This document shows positions 46,737 through 60,286 of a DNA stretch of 64,000 nucleotides, piece after piece. Position 1 is the stretch's first letter. Every line of letters begins with the position of its first letter. The translations under genes were made by a program, and so were the position numbers. The notes under the pieces were generated by a model, which saw nothing but the letters and a program-made list of their open reading frames with translations, did not search any database and was not told the DNA's origin. The DNA is taken from positions 1,302,001-1,366,000 of the forward strand of contig OZ037840.1 of NCBI GenBank assembly GCA_964035575.1. Reading direction: 5' to 3'. Source of the stretch: Rhynchopus sp. YZ270_cl-10. Lineage: Eukaryota.

Positions 46737-47339
46737 GTTTTTCTTTTTCATTCTTTACTTTTGTTTGGCTTTTAGCCTCCCCCCTCCCCCTTTGCCTATT
46801 GGTTTTATTTTATTTTATTTTTAGAATTAGAGTGTACAGCTAGGTAGGACCAGACGTCGTTAACAGCTATGAACCAAAGAGGTTCTCAGTGTCGTCGGCC
46901 AAGCCCCTTCACCAAAAAAGACTACAACAAGAAAACAAACACACAGAAAAAAAAGTAAAAGAATGCCCTTCCTCAGTCCGGAAGTATCACCTCAACCGGT
47001 CACACCTGCCGTAAAATAGAGAGAGGTTACAGAACAGGCACTCCGCTAGGTACTAAAGTTCTGTTGATTGTCAACAGAACTTTTTGAAAATGGGGAAAAA
47101 AAGAAAAAAAAAAAAAGTTCTGCTAAGTGGTTCAGACCCGTTCTACCTGTCAAAAAAGCTCAGGAGAAGAAGATATGGAGAGGTGAGTGCTCAAACGTCC
47201 CAAAAAAGTCAAAATCGGGCGTTGGTAAAAAAAAAAGTTGCGTACCGTGCGCCTGCGGCGCAAGCATGTACCCCACCAACGTGGACCATCAACAGAATAT
47301 TTTCAAAATCGGAAATCCTAGCGGAGAGCCTGTTACAGA

Positions 47340-47373
<34 letters not shown>

Positions 47374-48354
47374 AAAAAATGCAAAAAAAAATGCAAAAAT
47401 CGGGTGTTTTGACCATCTGTGGTTACACAAAACACACTTCTGTGTACAAGCCTACACCAATACAGTGGTAATACAAGGCGATTTTTGACCAAAAAAAAAT
47501 TTTTTTTTTCGCCCAAAATCGGGCGTGGTACGTCATAAAATGGCCCAAAAAATCCAAGGAAAACCTTCGATTGGGCAAATTATGAAAAAAATTTTCAAGT
47601 CAAATTTTCAACCAAAATACGGTCATTTTGTTCACACAGTGATTCTACGTCATGCTAGCTTCCTGTGCAGAACTCCAGCAATTCACCAATGCCGGCATCT
47701 ATCTTTCCATTATCGCCATTGCACTTCGTTCACGCCATTGCACTTCGGTCATTTTGTGCATACCCTGTGACTGTGGTGGCTAGAGAACACGCACATGCAG
47801 ACCCGTTCCTTGCAATTTCCAGTGTTGTGTTTATCAATGCATGCATCCAGAGGACCTCTGGTTTACGAAATCGTAGGCACTCCTGTGCAAAAATGAAGTC
47901 GGTTTTTTGACCCAAAATCGGGGTGGGTGGGCCATAATTTGCTCCAAATTTGGCCGAAAATTGGGATTTTTCTGAAAATTTTCATTGTGCCCAGCAAAAA
48001 TCCTTGATTTTTTGAAGAATTTTCCAAAAAATATGCTATACCCCCTATGACTGGACCCAACTCCCCTCACCCTTTTTTTCCCCTAAAAAAGCCCCCAAAA
48101 TTCCTACCATTTTTGGTGTGGCAGCGGTTACTGGGGGGGTAAACCGGTAGAAACACGGTAGAAACACGGGGAATCGGTTGGGGGTTCCCTTTTTTGGAAT
48201 TTTTTTTTTTGTTTTTTTACCAGGGGGCTTCTCTATGTTGTAGGCATACAGAGGCACAGATTTGACAGACCGGAGCCGGAACTGGCTGGGATGTCACGGA
48301 ACTGACAAAAAAAGTGGTTTTCGACCACGCAACTGTACTGTACTCCCAATCCCC

Positions 48355-48840
48355 TGTGTATACTGTGTATACTGTGTATACTGTGTATACTGTGTATACT
48401 GTGTATACTGTGTATACTGTGTATACTGTGTATACTGTGTATACTGTGTATACTGTGTATACTGTGTATACTGTGTATACTGTGTATACTGTGTATACTG
48501 TGTATACTGTGTATACTGTGTATACTGTGTATACTGTGTATACTGTGTATACTGTGTATACTGTGTATACTGTGTATACTGTGTATACTGTGTATACTGT
48601 GTATACTGTGTATACTGTGTATACTGTGTATACTGTGTATACTGTGTATACTGTGTATACTGTGTATACTGTGTATACTGTGTATACTGTGTATACTGTG
48701 TATACTGTGTATACTGTGTATACTGTGTATACTGTGTATACTGTGTATACTGTGTATACTGTGTATACTGTGTATACTGTGTATACTGTGTATACTGTGT
48801 ATACTGTGTATACTGTGTATACTGTGTATACTGTGTATAC
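48355..48840. repeat. (TGTGTATAC)54
   Basis: Perfect tandem repeat. Confidence 0.97.
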
Positions 48841-51792
48841 TACCTGTGTGTGACCATACCCCAGATGGTCTGAAGAGTGATCTGACCATATTCTCCAGGT
48901 ACAATATATACCCGGAGAATCCATTGGAGCAAGAATTTTGCACTTTTGAGCACCACAGATTACATACTGCCATTTTTGCGGCCATAATATTTTTGAAAAT
49001 GGCAAAGACATTTCCTTAAGGAATTACAGGGAACCAGGGTCCCTCTCTCTATGGGTTCTGAGGTTTTAGTCACTCAACGAATCTGCTCGATTTTTTTTGA
49101 CTGTAGATGGGAGGTACCCCAAAAAATCAATTAAAGCAAGAATTTTACAGTTTTGAATAGTTGTTCTTTATTTAGAAAAGTACCCAGTTTGGACAAAAAT
49201 TTGGGATTGAGTGTTATAAATCTCTGATTTTTTTTCCAAATCTTGGGGTGGAAACTTTGGTACCTCACACGAGCCTCTGAGAGTGACCAGAAATGGCCTC
49301 ATGAACAAAAGTGACCCCGTCACAGCCAGAACGCGACTCAATTGGTCAAACGCCGAAGGAAAAGGAAGCATGCAGCATGGCGAAATAATAAAAGTAGTGT
49401 ACCGTGCGCCTGCGGCGCAAGATTGCAACCCACCCTTCCCATGATATACTTTTGCAGCAAAAATGTGCAATTTTAAGCGTAATTTTTAGAAATGTTGCGT
49501 ACCGTGGCTTCGCCAGAAACTTTCGTTTTAGAAAAACAGGGGAGTAAAATTACGGAAGCTGACCACAATTACCAGCGACAGTGCCGTTTTGTGTCAACTT
49601 TTTTTTAGAAATGTTGCGTACCGTGGCTTCGCTTTGGGTGCCGTGACCGCCCTTTCTTTGTTATAAATGTACTGAGGTAGGTAAAAGAGCTCGGAAATCC
49701 AATTCCTCTGGTTTTCGAATTTTTTTACGTCTGTCCAAAAGCCGAAAACTTCAGTTTGCCAAATTTACAACCTTCTCCGGGGGGGGAGTAGGGGGGGTTT
49801 CTCAAAATCGGACGGATGACATCCGTTGAAAGTAAAAAAGAGGCTTCCCTTCCTAGATGTGACTAGGCACGTGAGGCTTGGGATCATCTTTCAATACTTC
49901 TTCCTATTTTAGCGCACCTTTCGCCGCTTGAAGTCGTCCTGTGAGGTCTTAAGTTTACACATATTAGCGACTATTCTGTACTGTCGTCCTCTTATCCTTT
50001 TTACTAGCAACCTGCGACCCTCGGGCGCATTGTTGTCTACAACAACTTCACATTACGTTGCAACTGTGTCTATCTTTTCTCGAGCACGGTTTGCAGCGCT
50101 TAAGACTAACAGGTGCAGTCTGATAAACGAAAAAGTTACGAGTGAGTTTAGTGCCATACGTCGCCCCGCAGCTTTGTCTTATTGTCGTGACCATGGCTAT
50201 ATAGTCCTCCAAGGCAGACACAAGAGTTACGACAAAAGGTGCTTACCTCCGGTGTGAATACATCATCTCTACTTTTCTGTCGACACGCCAGTGAAATTAG
50301 CTGGGTGGCCATTCGGGAACGAAGGGAAGTAGTATCCACCGTTTAAAGTGCGATCGAAATAATTTATTGTTACACTGGGTTTGATATTTGATTACACATC
50401 GCTCAGTGTTTCCAGTGCAGGTCACTGTTGTACATTACATTACACCATTAGGCCTATTCTTTACTGGCAGATAACCGCAGCTTTACAGCGCAATTAATAT
50501 TTTTCGACGTAAACCCCCCGTAACATGTCATAGACAGTGAATGTACTCCTCGCTTGCACCGAAGCCCTTTTAAAAAAGGGGCACAGAAGTATCAATGAGA
50601 ATATATCAACAACAGATAGCCAGCAACACAGCGCCGCAGGCGCACGGTACGCTTTTTGTTAGACTTCACCATCCCTTTTTCTCCCACAAACCCCTGTAAA
50701 ACTCCGGATTGCTCTGGGGAAAATATTGGGGGGGACCATGGTTCCCCCCGGTGCCCCTTGGCGGAAACCCTGTTGTACCACCCTGAGTTTTTGATTTTCT
50801 CTTTATTGGCGGCGTTTTGCACGGGTTTGCGGGTTTAGGATAAATTAACCATTTTGTAAACACGAAAGTATTGTGCTTGCGGTCAGATAAAAGACACAGA
50901 TTAGTAAGGACACAGCAGTTGGTATAATGCTGTTATGCTATTGTTCAGTTTTTGTCTCGTTTTACAACCTGACAACGGACGTGGCGAAACAAAAATAATA
51001 GGTTCTTACAGAGCAGATCAAGACGAAACTGTACGTGTATGACGTGGGTAGCGTACTAATAACCAAAAGAAAACCGACGCAGGAGCTTTTCTTGGAACTG
51101 TTTTATTCTCCCCACCCCAACAGCATCACATTTCAGAAAAACATTGTTTTTTCGTTTTTGTTCACTTTCTTTTCTTCTCCCTCACACCTTTTTGCTGTGG
51201 GCAAACCTCAAATTTATTCCGCTTTGATTTTATTTATTGTCTTCACGCCCTTCTTTTCATTAGAAAAAGAATGTATATGAAACAATTGTCTTCACGCTAT
51301 ATTGTTGTAGTTGGGTTGGGAAATAAAACTAAACAAAAGATGACAGGGGGTTTTTATTATTTCAAACTTGGTCGTCTCACGCGAGGATGAGCTCCATTAT
51401 GTCAACGCTGTTTGGCCTGTCTGGGCAAATAGGTATTAGTAACGTGGGGGTCATGATAATTACCCCCATTTCGGAAGCACATTTTTCTTCTAGGGTTTCC
51501 CTTGAGAAACCCGCTGTTCGCTGCCTTGTTCTTCTGCTCCAAATGCCATCATCTCTCTTACCGACAACCCGGTTTATAATCGACAAAAACTCTCTGTGCC
51601 CGTTGAACTACACTTAAAACAAGGTAGCAAAAAATAAAATCTATCACACTGACCACTTTTACGATACCCCACCCTTGCTGGAGCGACGTTTGCAAACACA
51701 AACCTAGGTACGGAGTGTGATGTCACCCAAACCACGCCCACCACAGGAGGCTCATATTCCCTCAACCCACCTGCCCACACACAGCCCCCAAC

Positions 51793-54735
51793 ATGGTGCA
51801 CTCATGTGTGCCCGTGCTGCTGCTTGCACTGCTGTGTGGCGCTGACGCTGCCCTGAAGAAGCCGATCCGCCTGATCGGTGTCTTCGCCACGTCGCCGCCG
51901 GTCGCACCGCACGACCAAGTCTGGAACGCTCTTGTGCCGTGCGAGCGCATTGTGACTGAGGGTGACGACGACTGCTACAAGGGCGGCTTCCCTGGGGTGG
52001 CTGCGTGGATGGAGCACTATTCACAGGACGTGCGTGGGACCATCAAAGTGACAACGCCAGATTACAAGTCCCGCATGATCTTTGGACATCCCCTTGGCCT
52101 GGATCTGAACTACGAGATCTGGGACAGGCTTGGTGTCGACTTCGCCACATTGAGGGCAGAGCACTTGATGACGCGAGCCCCAGATGGTTCTGTTGTGGAG
52201 AACTTTGTTGCAAACATGAAACAGCCAATGATCCTGACGGACCTTGCTATTCAGGACAACTTTGTCTACCTTCTGGGCCTGCTGACCATGTGGCATGTGA
52301 AGGTGATTGACGGTGTGCAGATCGGTGTGATCGTGCTGTGGTCCGAGACCTACATCGGACGTCGTGGTCAGTCCATTCCCCACAACAAGCTCATCCCCGT
52401 GGTGACAACAAGGCTGCGTGCCCAGGGTGTGGCACAGATCGTGGTGCTGCGCCTTGGTTATGCGGGTGTGGAGGACGAGATGCAGCAACTGACGACGTAC
52501 GACGTGGACGTGGTTATCACGGACGTTGTTGCGGGGACAGACTTTGCTTCGAACGGGACGTCTGTTCTGTATGTAAGTGTTCAGAAAGACGGGGCAGCTG
52601 CGTACCCAATCGTGACGTTGGACTTGACCGAAGAAGTGGACGGGTCGAAGTGGTACTACAGTGCAACGGAGGTGAGTGCACGTGACCTGCCTGTTCCTGT
52701 GACGGACGCACGCTTTGCAGCAAACCTTGCCTGGATGCAAGAGCAGATTGTGCTGAGCCAGACAAACGACTCCGTGGTTGCAACGTCGACAGCAGTGATG
52801 CCGTCCATCAATGAGGAAGGGTTCTACAACTGCCGTGGGGGTGACTGTGAGTTGGGCAAGATGACTGCAGATGCGATGCGTGAGTGGGCAGGGACGGACC
52901 TGGCAATGGTAAACGGTGGTGCCCTGCGTGGTGTTGGGTGGGAGAAGGGTCCGATCAAGCGCAGTGCTTTGTGGGACACGTACCCTTTTGCGAACCTTCT
53001 GTGCAAGGTGAACATGTCCGGCACTGTGCTGCTGGATTTCATGAACCGCGGAGTGAGTGCACTACTTCCGGACGGAACACGAGACAAGACGACACCCATC
53101 GGTCTGTACCCACAGATGAGTGGGATGCGGTTCACCATCAACCCCAGCCTCCCCGAACGTCGTGTTGTTTCGATTGATGTGCTCACACCCACAGGGGTGT
53201 ACAAGCCACTGCAGAAGCGTAAGTTGTACTCCATTGTCCTCCCAGAGTTCATTGCAGGTGGTGGTGACGGGTACGGGATGCTTCCCACGAACCAGCACGA
53301 CGGGTCGGAAGGCTGTGGTATCGACACTGTACTGCAGGTGACAGAGACGTACCTGAAGGCTGCATCGATTTACACTCCGTCCTTGGGTGACAGAATGAGT
53401 CTCAACATGGCTGGGAGTGCACTGATGATGACGAACCAGACGAAGTACAACTGCACAGAGAACCAGAAGTACGACGCATACTGGCAGCACTGCGAGGACT
53501 GCCCTGAAGGCTTCTGGAACCCAGACATGGACAGCCCTGTGTGTGTGGAGAAGTTTCCGAGTGAGGTGGACATCGGGATGATCCTTGGCATCGTGTTTGG
53601 TGTTCTTGCCCTGCTTGCGATCCCGATTGCGTGGAAGATGACAGAGAAGCAGCGCCGCATCAACGCGCTCTTCAACAACAACAAGATTGCAGAGGAGTGT
53701 GCCATTGCGGTTATGGACCTCCGTCTTGGCGACCTTGACTACCTCCACGAGCTGGAGAAGCCGAACACGATCCAGTCTGCGTTTATTGCCATCACGAAGC
53801 AGATGAAGGTGTACATGGAGTTTATGCCCAAGAATTTGATTGCGAATTGTCAAGCAAGTGGTTCCGAATCAGGCTCGATTGAGCTTTCACGCTGCGTATC
53901 TTCTCGGTCGGAGAACGCGGGCAGTAGGGAGAGCAGGGATGAACGATCGAGGAGTAGCTCTGTGATGCAGGCGAAGGGGAGCCATAAGCTGACCACGACC
54001 TTCCTCAGGAAGAAGCACATCACGGCACTCGCACTGAACAGCAGGGGGCACCTCCAGAGCATGAATGGTGACGTCCTGGCGAAGCATTCGCAGTTTCTCG
54101 AGAAGGTCACGACCATCATTACTGCGCACAAAGGCATTGCCGAGATACTGAGCGGCGACAGGATGCTTGCCATGTGGAACACTGTGAACGACACTACCGG
54201 CCAAGCTGCGCACTCCTGCGATGCTGCGCTTGCACTGCGGTTGGTACAGGACGGTGTCACAGCGAACGTCGGCATTGTAAAGGGCTCTGCACAGTTCGGG
54301 CTGTTTGGCGGTCAAGGCACCAAGCGGTACGATGTGCTGGGCAGCGTGATCCCATCCGCATCGCTGCTGATGGTCCTGAACAAGCAGTACAACACTTCCA
54401 TCCTGACCGCACCCGTGCTGCAGAAAGAGGCTGGCAGCTTCTTCTACTTCAGGATTGTGGACTATGTTTGCTACGCAAAGATGCATGGAGCTGCCTGCTT
54501 TGTGCTCGAGCTTGTATCTCGCAAGGAAACAGGCGGTGAGGAGTGGATGTACGAGCTGGAGGCTGCCAATGGGAAGGACCCGTGTTCCACACTAAATGAT
54601 GCATGGAGGCAATACATCAAGGAAGGCAAGCTGACAAGCAGCGCCGGGGTGACTGGTGTTCTCGCCGAGATCATGGCCGGCACACCACCTCAAGGTGAGT
54701 ATGTCGCTCCTTCTGCGCCCCTGAACCTGATGTGA
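51793..54735 (+). CDS. Same receptor (copy 4)
   Basis: Translation appears identical to copy 1. Confidence 0.85.
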   Translation: MVHSCVPVLLLALLCGADAALKKPIRLIGVFATSPPVAPHDQVWNALVPCERIVTEGDDDCYKGGFPGVAAWMEHYSQDVRGTIKVTTPDYKSRMIFGHPLGLDLNYEIWDRLGVDFATLRAEHLMTRAPDGSVVENFVANMKQPMILTDLAIQDNFVYLLGLLTMWHVKVIDGVQIGVIVLWSETYIGRRGQSIPHNKLIPVVTTRLRAQGVAQIVVLRLGYAGVEDEMQQLTTYDVDVVITDVVAGTDFASNGTSVLYVSVQKDGAAAYPIVTLDLTEEVDGSKWYYSATEVSARDLPVPVTDARFAANLAWMQEQIVLSQTNDSVVATSTAVMPSINEEGFYNCRGGDCELGKMTADAMREWAGTDLAMVNGGALRGVGWEKGPIKRSALWDTYPFANLLCKVNMSGTVLLDFMNRGVSALLPDGTRDKTTPIGLYPQMSGMRFTINPSLPERRVVSIDVLTPTGVYKPLQKRKLYSIVLPEFIAGGGDGYGMLPTNQHDGSEGCGIDTVLQVTETYLKAASIYTPSLGDRMSLNMAGSALMMTNQTKYNCTENQKYDAYWQHCEDCPEGFWNPDMDSPVCVEKFPSEVDIGMILGIVFGVLALLAIPIAWKMTEKQRRINALFNNNKIAEECAIAVMDLRLGDLDYLHELEKPNTIQSAFIAITKQMKVYMEFMPKNLIANCQASGSESGSIELSRCVSSRSENAGSRESRDERSRSSSVMQAKGSHKLTTTFLRKKHITALALNSRGHLQSMNGDVLAKHSQFLEKVTTIITAHKGIAEILSGDRMLAMWNTVNDTTGQAAHSCDAALALRLVQDGVTANVGIVKGSAQFGLFGGQGTKRYDVLGSVIPSASLLMVLNKQYNTSILTAPVLQKEAGSFFYFRIVDYVCYAKMHGAACFVLELVSRKETGGEEWMYELEAANGKDPCSTLNDAWRQYIKEGKLTSSAGVTGVLAEIMAGTPPQGEYVAPSAPLNLM

Positions 54736-57700
54736 AGTTTGTGGCAGGGCCATACTTATCACTAAATATGCCGTTTTTCCCGAAAAAATTTTTTTTCTAT
54801 AAGAAAATTTTGCGATTTGAAAACCAGAAAATCCCTGATTTTTCCCCGATTTAAGGACATGCTTGATGTTGCGTACCGTGGCTTCGCTTTGGGTGCCGTG
54901 ACCGCCCTTTCTTTGTTATAAATGTACTGAGGCTACAGACAATTCGTGTACCACTTGTGCCTGGTGCACGAATTGCTTCAATGAAGTGCCGAACTCCGCA
55001 GTTGGATAACCGAGGAATTCTCACATTCCGCCGGAGGCCCCCAACTTGAGCTGGGTTGGGGACCGGGCTCGACCGAGTTTCAGCGAAACACCCCAAAACC
55101 TATATAATTCCCTGTGGAGGGGGGAAAATTTTTTTTTGGGCTGACCGAGTCAAACCGATTCTGACCGAGCCAGCCCCTCGTGGGCGGAATGCTGTATAGA
55201 ACCCTGCGGTACCCAATTTTTTTTTTATCCTTGTACAGGGCTTTCCGCAGGATTTGGGGTTTTGGCCTCCCAGGGGGACCAGCCAAAAAAAAGGTGAAAA
55301 AAAATTTTTTTCCGCGCCTTGTTGTCAGGGCTCTCGTCAATCACCCCTACGGGGGTGATTTGGGCCCCGAGCTAAAATCGTGGAAGGTGCGAGGGTGGGA
55401 GGGTGAACCACAAGCCGCAGGGAGTGTCAGACTTCTGATCAGTAACCTCAGTACATCTATAAAAGAAGCGGCGGTCATGCACCCAAAGGTTCCAGGCGAA
55501 GCCACGGTACGCAACATTTCTAAAAAATGATGCCATAAAAATGGCACTGTCGTTGGTAATTATCGTCAGAAACGTCAATTTTACTTCCATATTTTGCGGG
55601 GAAAAATTTTTTTGGCGAAGCCACGGTACGCATCATTTTAGATCTCCTCCGTCTTCCAACCCTCATAATTGAATGAGATTGACACGTCTTCTCCTTCTTC
55701 TTGTATACAGCCTCAAATGTCTCTGATGCTGGACGTTTGCCTGCAACTGACGCAAACACAGGGTTCGCGGTTGCCTCCCGTTGTTGCCTTATTTTTGAGA
55801 GGAGCAGGGGAAGCTGGAACCGTATTTTATGCCTGTATTTGAACGTGCGGGGACAGGACGGCACGAAAAAATGTAAAAAATCTGGAAAAGTCAAGCCAAA
55901 CGAAATAGGAAGCCTCAGAACCTCAAGGGCAAGCTGGTCCCCCCTGGTCCCCCTTATTTTTTCATTTTTCCCCCAGGGGGACCAGCGGTCCCCCCTGGTC
56001 CCCCCTGCGGAAAGCCCTGTTGTACATTTTCTCCACTTTCTTTTGATTGCACGAGCCGATTGCTCTCCACGGTGGGGTCACATGTGTGTCCAAAAACACT
56101 CTAAGGTACTATTATTCTGAAATATGAGATTCAATGGTTTCTTAAGGAAATCCTAGTAACGTAATATCTCAGAAAACCCTCGAAAACGAACCCCGCCGGA
56201 GGCGGCTTTTTTTGTACCCGTGTGCGCGAAAATACTTTTTTCTTGCTTATTTCGCACATTTGGGAGTACGGGACCCCGACATTTTTTTTTTTTTTATAAG
56301 ACATGTGTCAGGCTATTTCCTAATCTGGATTCTGGATCCCACTTTTTTCCGGGGTTTTTCATACTTTTTTCCCGTTTTTTTTTTTTCCTGATTTCTGGAT
56401 CCGAGTTTTGAAAAAAATTCGGGAAAAGAATTTTTCCCGTGGCCTAGTGTGGCGGGGGGGCCCCGGGGGGAAAAAATCATGGTTGAACCACGGGAGTACC
56501 ATGAAACTGGGTTGCTGACCGCACCACCCAGGCTGTACCTCAATTTTTTTTTGCCTGCGGCGCCATTTTCCCTTTTTTGCTCCGCAAAAAAGGGTTCGGT
56601 GTGTGACTATGTGGTGTAAAAAGATAGATTTTTACACCGTACCCTAAATTTTTTTCGCCTGCGGCGCCATTTGTTTGTTTTTTTTTTTTTTTGCTCCGCA
56701 AAAATCCCTATGTTCCCAATGTCCCTGGTCAGCAGTGCTGAAAAAATTTTGGCACAAAAACAAGCTGACCCCCAATCTTCCAACGACAGTGACATTTATG
56801 TCAACAATTTTTAGAAATGTTGCGTACCGTGGCTTCGCTTGGGTGCCATGCCTGCCGTTTATTTTGTAAATGTACTGAGGTTACTGATAATTCGTGTACC
56901 ACGCGTGCCTGGTGCATATCAATGAAGTGCCGAACTCCGAGAAATTCTCACATTCCGCCGGAGGCCCCCAACTTGAGCTAAGGTGGGGACCCGGGCGCGC
57001 GAAGCGCGCCCGGGCTCGCCACACCTCTACCAAAACCCGCAAAACCGCAAAATCTCACCTATTTTCAGAGTTAGGTGAGAAGCTGGGAAACACTGGAAAA
57101 AAAATAAAAAAGAAGGGTGGGATTTATCCTAATGATTTATTGGAGCTGCGTTTCACCATGTTTCAAGTACTCTTTATTGTGTCTTGTTTGCAATATATGA
57201 GGGGAGCATGCCCCGCCAACGGAGGGGAGATGCCCCGCCAACGCGGGGGAGAAAGCTCGGAATGGGTTTTTTTTCTGGAAATTTTTTTTTTTTCCCGGAG
57301 AAAAATTCTGGATCCAGTTTTTGAAAATTTTCCAAAAAAATCCCGATTTAGGATATGGCCTGACATGTGTGCATTTCTAGTGAAATTTTTCAGTATCCAC
57401 GAGTCGTTTTTTCCCTCCCGTGCTCCCCATCTCTCACACATACATTACATCTTCATCAGGAAAATTGTCAATTTTTCGTTCATTATTGTGAACAGCGTTT
57501 GGTGTTTTTTCAAAAAAAAAAAAAAAAAAACAAGTAATTGCTATCGGAAAAAAAACCGGGTGTGCTGTGGAACTCCACTCTGAAAAAATATAATCTACAA
57601 CACGCCAGCATTCTGCTCTTCTGCAGGTATGCTAAAACGCTCTTCGTACGCTGGACCCACTGGGATGCCTGCATCTGAAACTTTCAAACAGTGGGGCTGT

Positions 57701-58034
57701 CCTCTTCGTCCAGCACCATCTGCTCGATCGCGTTATTGGACGTAGTCTCGGCAGGCTCGATAACCATTCGCTCGGGCGGCCTCGGCATGTTCCAGCTCGT
57801 AGTCGTCCACAGGCTCCCACGCATCGTCACATCAGCACCTCCAGAAAATCGCCAGGATGCTATGGTGGCTTCGAAAATCGCGCGGAGTTATCCACAGCAC
57901 ACCCCATTTTTTTTCTTAGCAATTAGTTGTTCTTGTTATTATTGTTTTCCACACACCTTCCTTCAACCCTTGTAGGATCAGTTCGTATTTTTTTCGCGAA
58001 AATATGAAATTACACATTTCAAGAGAACAAAAAA

Positions 58035-59806
58035 TTAAAAAGGGTTCGCCCCCTCAATGGGACGCCGTAAACCATAATCCTCAGTGTCAGCCGCATCATT
58101 TCAATGAAACCAAAAAGTGGCTTATTTGCATTTTTGGGCTCCGCCCGTGCAGCGGTGGGGTCATTTCGGAAAATTGGACAATTTTTTGACCACTTAAATT
58201 TTGAGAAATATGAGCCCGGTTCTTTATACGTGGGGCCCATTTTTGGCCAAAATTTTTCTCAAAATCGACGAAATTAAAATTAGACCCCTTACCCCCCCCC
58301 AGAATCATTTCAATACACTACCTGTATTGGTTGCTGACGCGTGTATACAGGAAGGTTGGGAAAAGTGGCTTATTTGCATTTTTGGGCTCCGCCCGTGCAG
58401 CGGTGGGGTCATTTCGGAAAATTGGACAATTTTTTGACCACTTAAATTTTGAGAAATATGAGCCCGGTTCTTTATACGTGGGGCCCATTTTTGGCCAAAA
58501 TTTTTCTCAAAATCGACGAAATTAAAATTAGACCCCTTACCCCCCCCCAGAATCATTTCAATACACTACCTGTATTGGTTGCTGACGCGTGTATACAGGA
58601 AGGTTGGGAAAAATTAAAAAGGGTTCGCCCCCTCAATGGGACGCCGTAAACCATAATCCTCAGTGTCAGCCGCATCATTTCAATGAAACCAAAAAGTGGC
58701 TTATTTGCATTTTTGGGCTCCGCCCGTGCAGCGGTGGGGTCATTTCGGAAAATTGGACAATTTTTTGACCACTTAAATTTTGAGAAATATGAGCCCGGTT
58801 CTTTATACGTGGGGCAAAATTTTTCTCAAAATCGACGAAATTAAAATTAGACCCCTTACCCCCCCCCCCCCCAGAATCATTTCAATACACTACCTGTATT
58901 GGTTGCTGACGCGTGTATACAGGAAGGTTGGGAAAAATTAAAAAGGGTTCGCCCCCTCAATGGGACGCCGTAAACCATAATCCTCAGTGTCAGCCGCATC
59001 ATTTCAATGAAACCAAAAAGTGGCTTATTTGCATTTTTGGGCTCCGCCCGTGCAGCGGTGGGGTCATTTCGGAAAATTGGACAATTTTTTGACCACTTAA
59101 ATTTTGAGAAATATGAGCCCGGTTCTTTATACGTGGGGCAAAATTTTTCTCAAAATCGACGAAATTAAAATTAGACCCCTTACCCCCCCCCCCCCCCAGA
59201 ATCATTTCAATACACTACCTGTATTGGTTGCTGACGCGTGTATACAGGAAGGTTGGGAAAAATTAAAAAGGGTTCGCCCCCTCAATGGGACGCCGTAAAC
59301 CATAATCCTCAGTGTCAGCCGCATCATTTCAATGAAACCAAAAAGTGGCTTATTTGCATTTTTGGGCTCCGCCCGTGCAGCGGTGGGGTCATTTCGGAAA
59401 ATTGGACAATTTTTTGACCACTTAAATTTTGAGAAATATGAGCCCGGTTCCTTATACGTGGGGCAAAATTTTTCTCAAAATCGACGAAATTAAAATTAGA
59501 CCCCTTACCCCCCCCCCCCCAGAATCATTTCAATACACTACCTGTATTGGTTGCTGACGCGTGTATACAGGAAGGTTGGGAAAAATTAAAAAGGGTTCGC
59601 CCCCTCAATGGGACGCCGTAAACCATAATCCTCAGTGTCAGCCGCATCATTTCAATGAAACCAAAAAGTGGCTTATTTGCATTTTTGGGCTCCGCCCGTG
59701 CAGCGGTGGGGTCATTTCGGAAAATTGGACAATTTTTTGACCACTTAAATTTTGAGAAATATGAGCCCGGTTCCTTATACGTGGGGCAAAATTTTTCTCA
59801 AAATCG
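58035..59806 (+). repeat. Array type X (6 cores, most preceded by module B, last one truncated)
   Basis: Same units; ends abruptly into unique DNA with no CRE-like ORF. Confidence 0.95.
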
Positions 59807-60286
59807 TGCTGCCTTCAACTCTTTAATAACTCCCTCCCCCTTTGCTAATCGAGCACAACTCGGGTTTTGTACGAACCTTCCTGGGCGATTGTTTCATAAC
59901 CATGGAGTTACATGAATAGAAGAAAGTTTGTACTGTCTGATGATGCTGTCTGAACCTCTTCTGTGTCACTAGCACAGCGCACAGTAGGTCGAGTATTTGT
60001 GGCCATTGCTCAAAGGTGTGAAGGTTTGATGCTCCCATGGAAACCCCCTACCCTCTACTGCACAGTTGCACAGTAATGCGAGAGTACAACTGACTCGGAA
60101 CAGCTTTGGAGTGGGCTTGCCTCCCGAGGTGTATGCACCTTCTGTGCTGCAATATAGGAACTATGTTCTGCTCCTCGTGTTCCCAGTGAGAACTGAATCA
60201 CGCCGAGCTTGTTGACTGTCTGTGTGCTTGCACCCCACACTCACTCCAGATAAGCCATACACCCTTTGCAACACACTCTCCACACC

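Larger units (their letters stand above)
47341..54785. repeat. Shared block C, copy 4
   Basis: Direct repeat with an expanded 9-mer tract. Confidence 0.95.
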
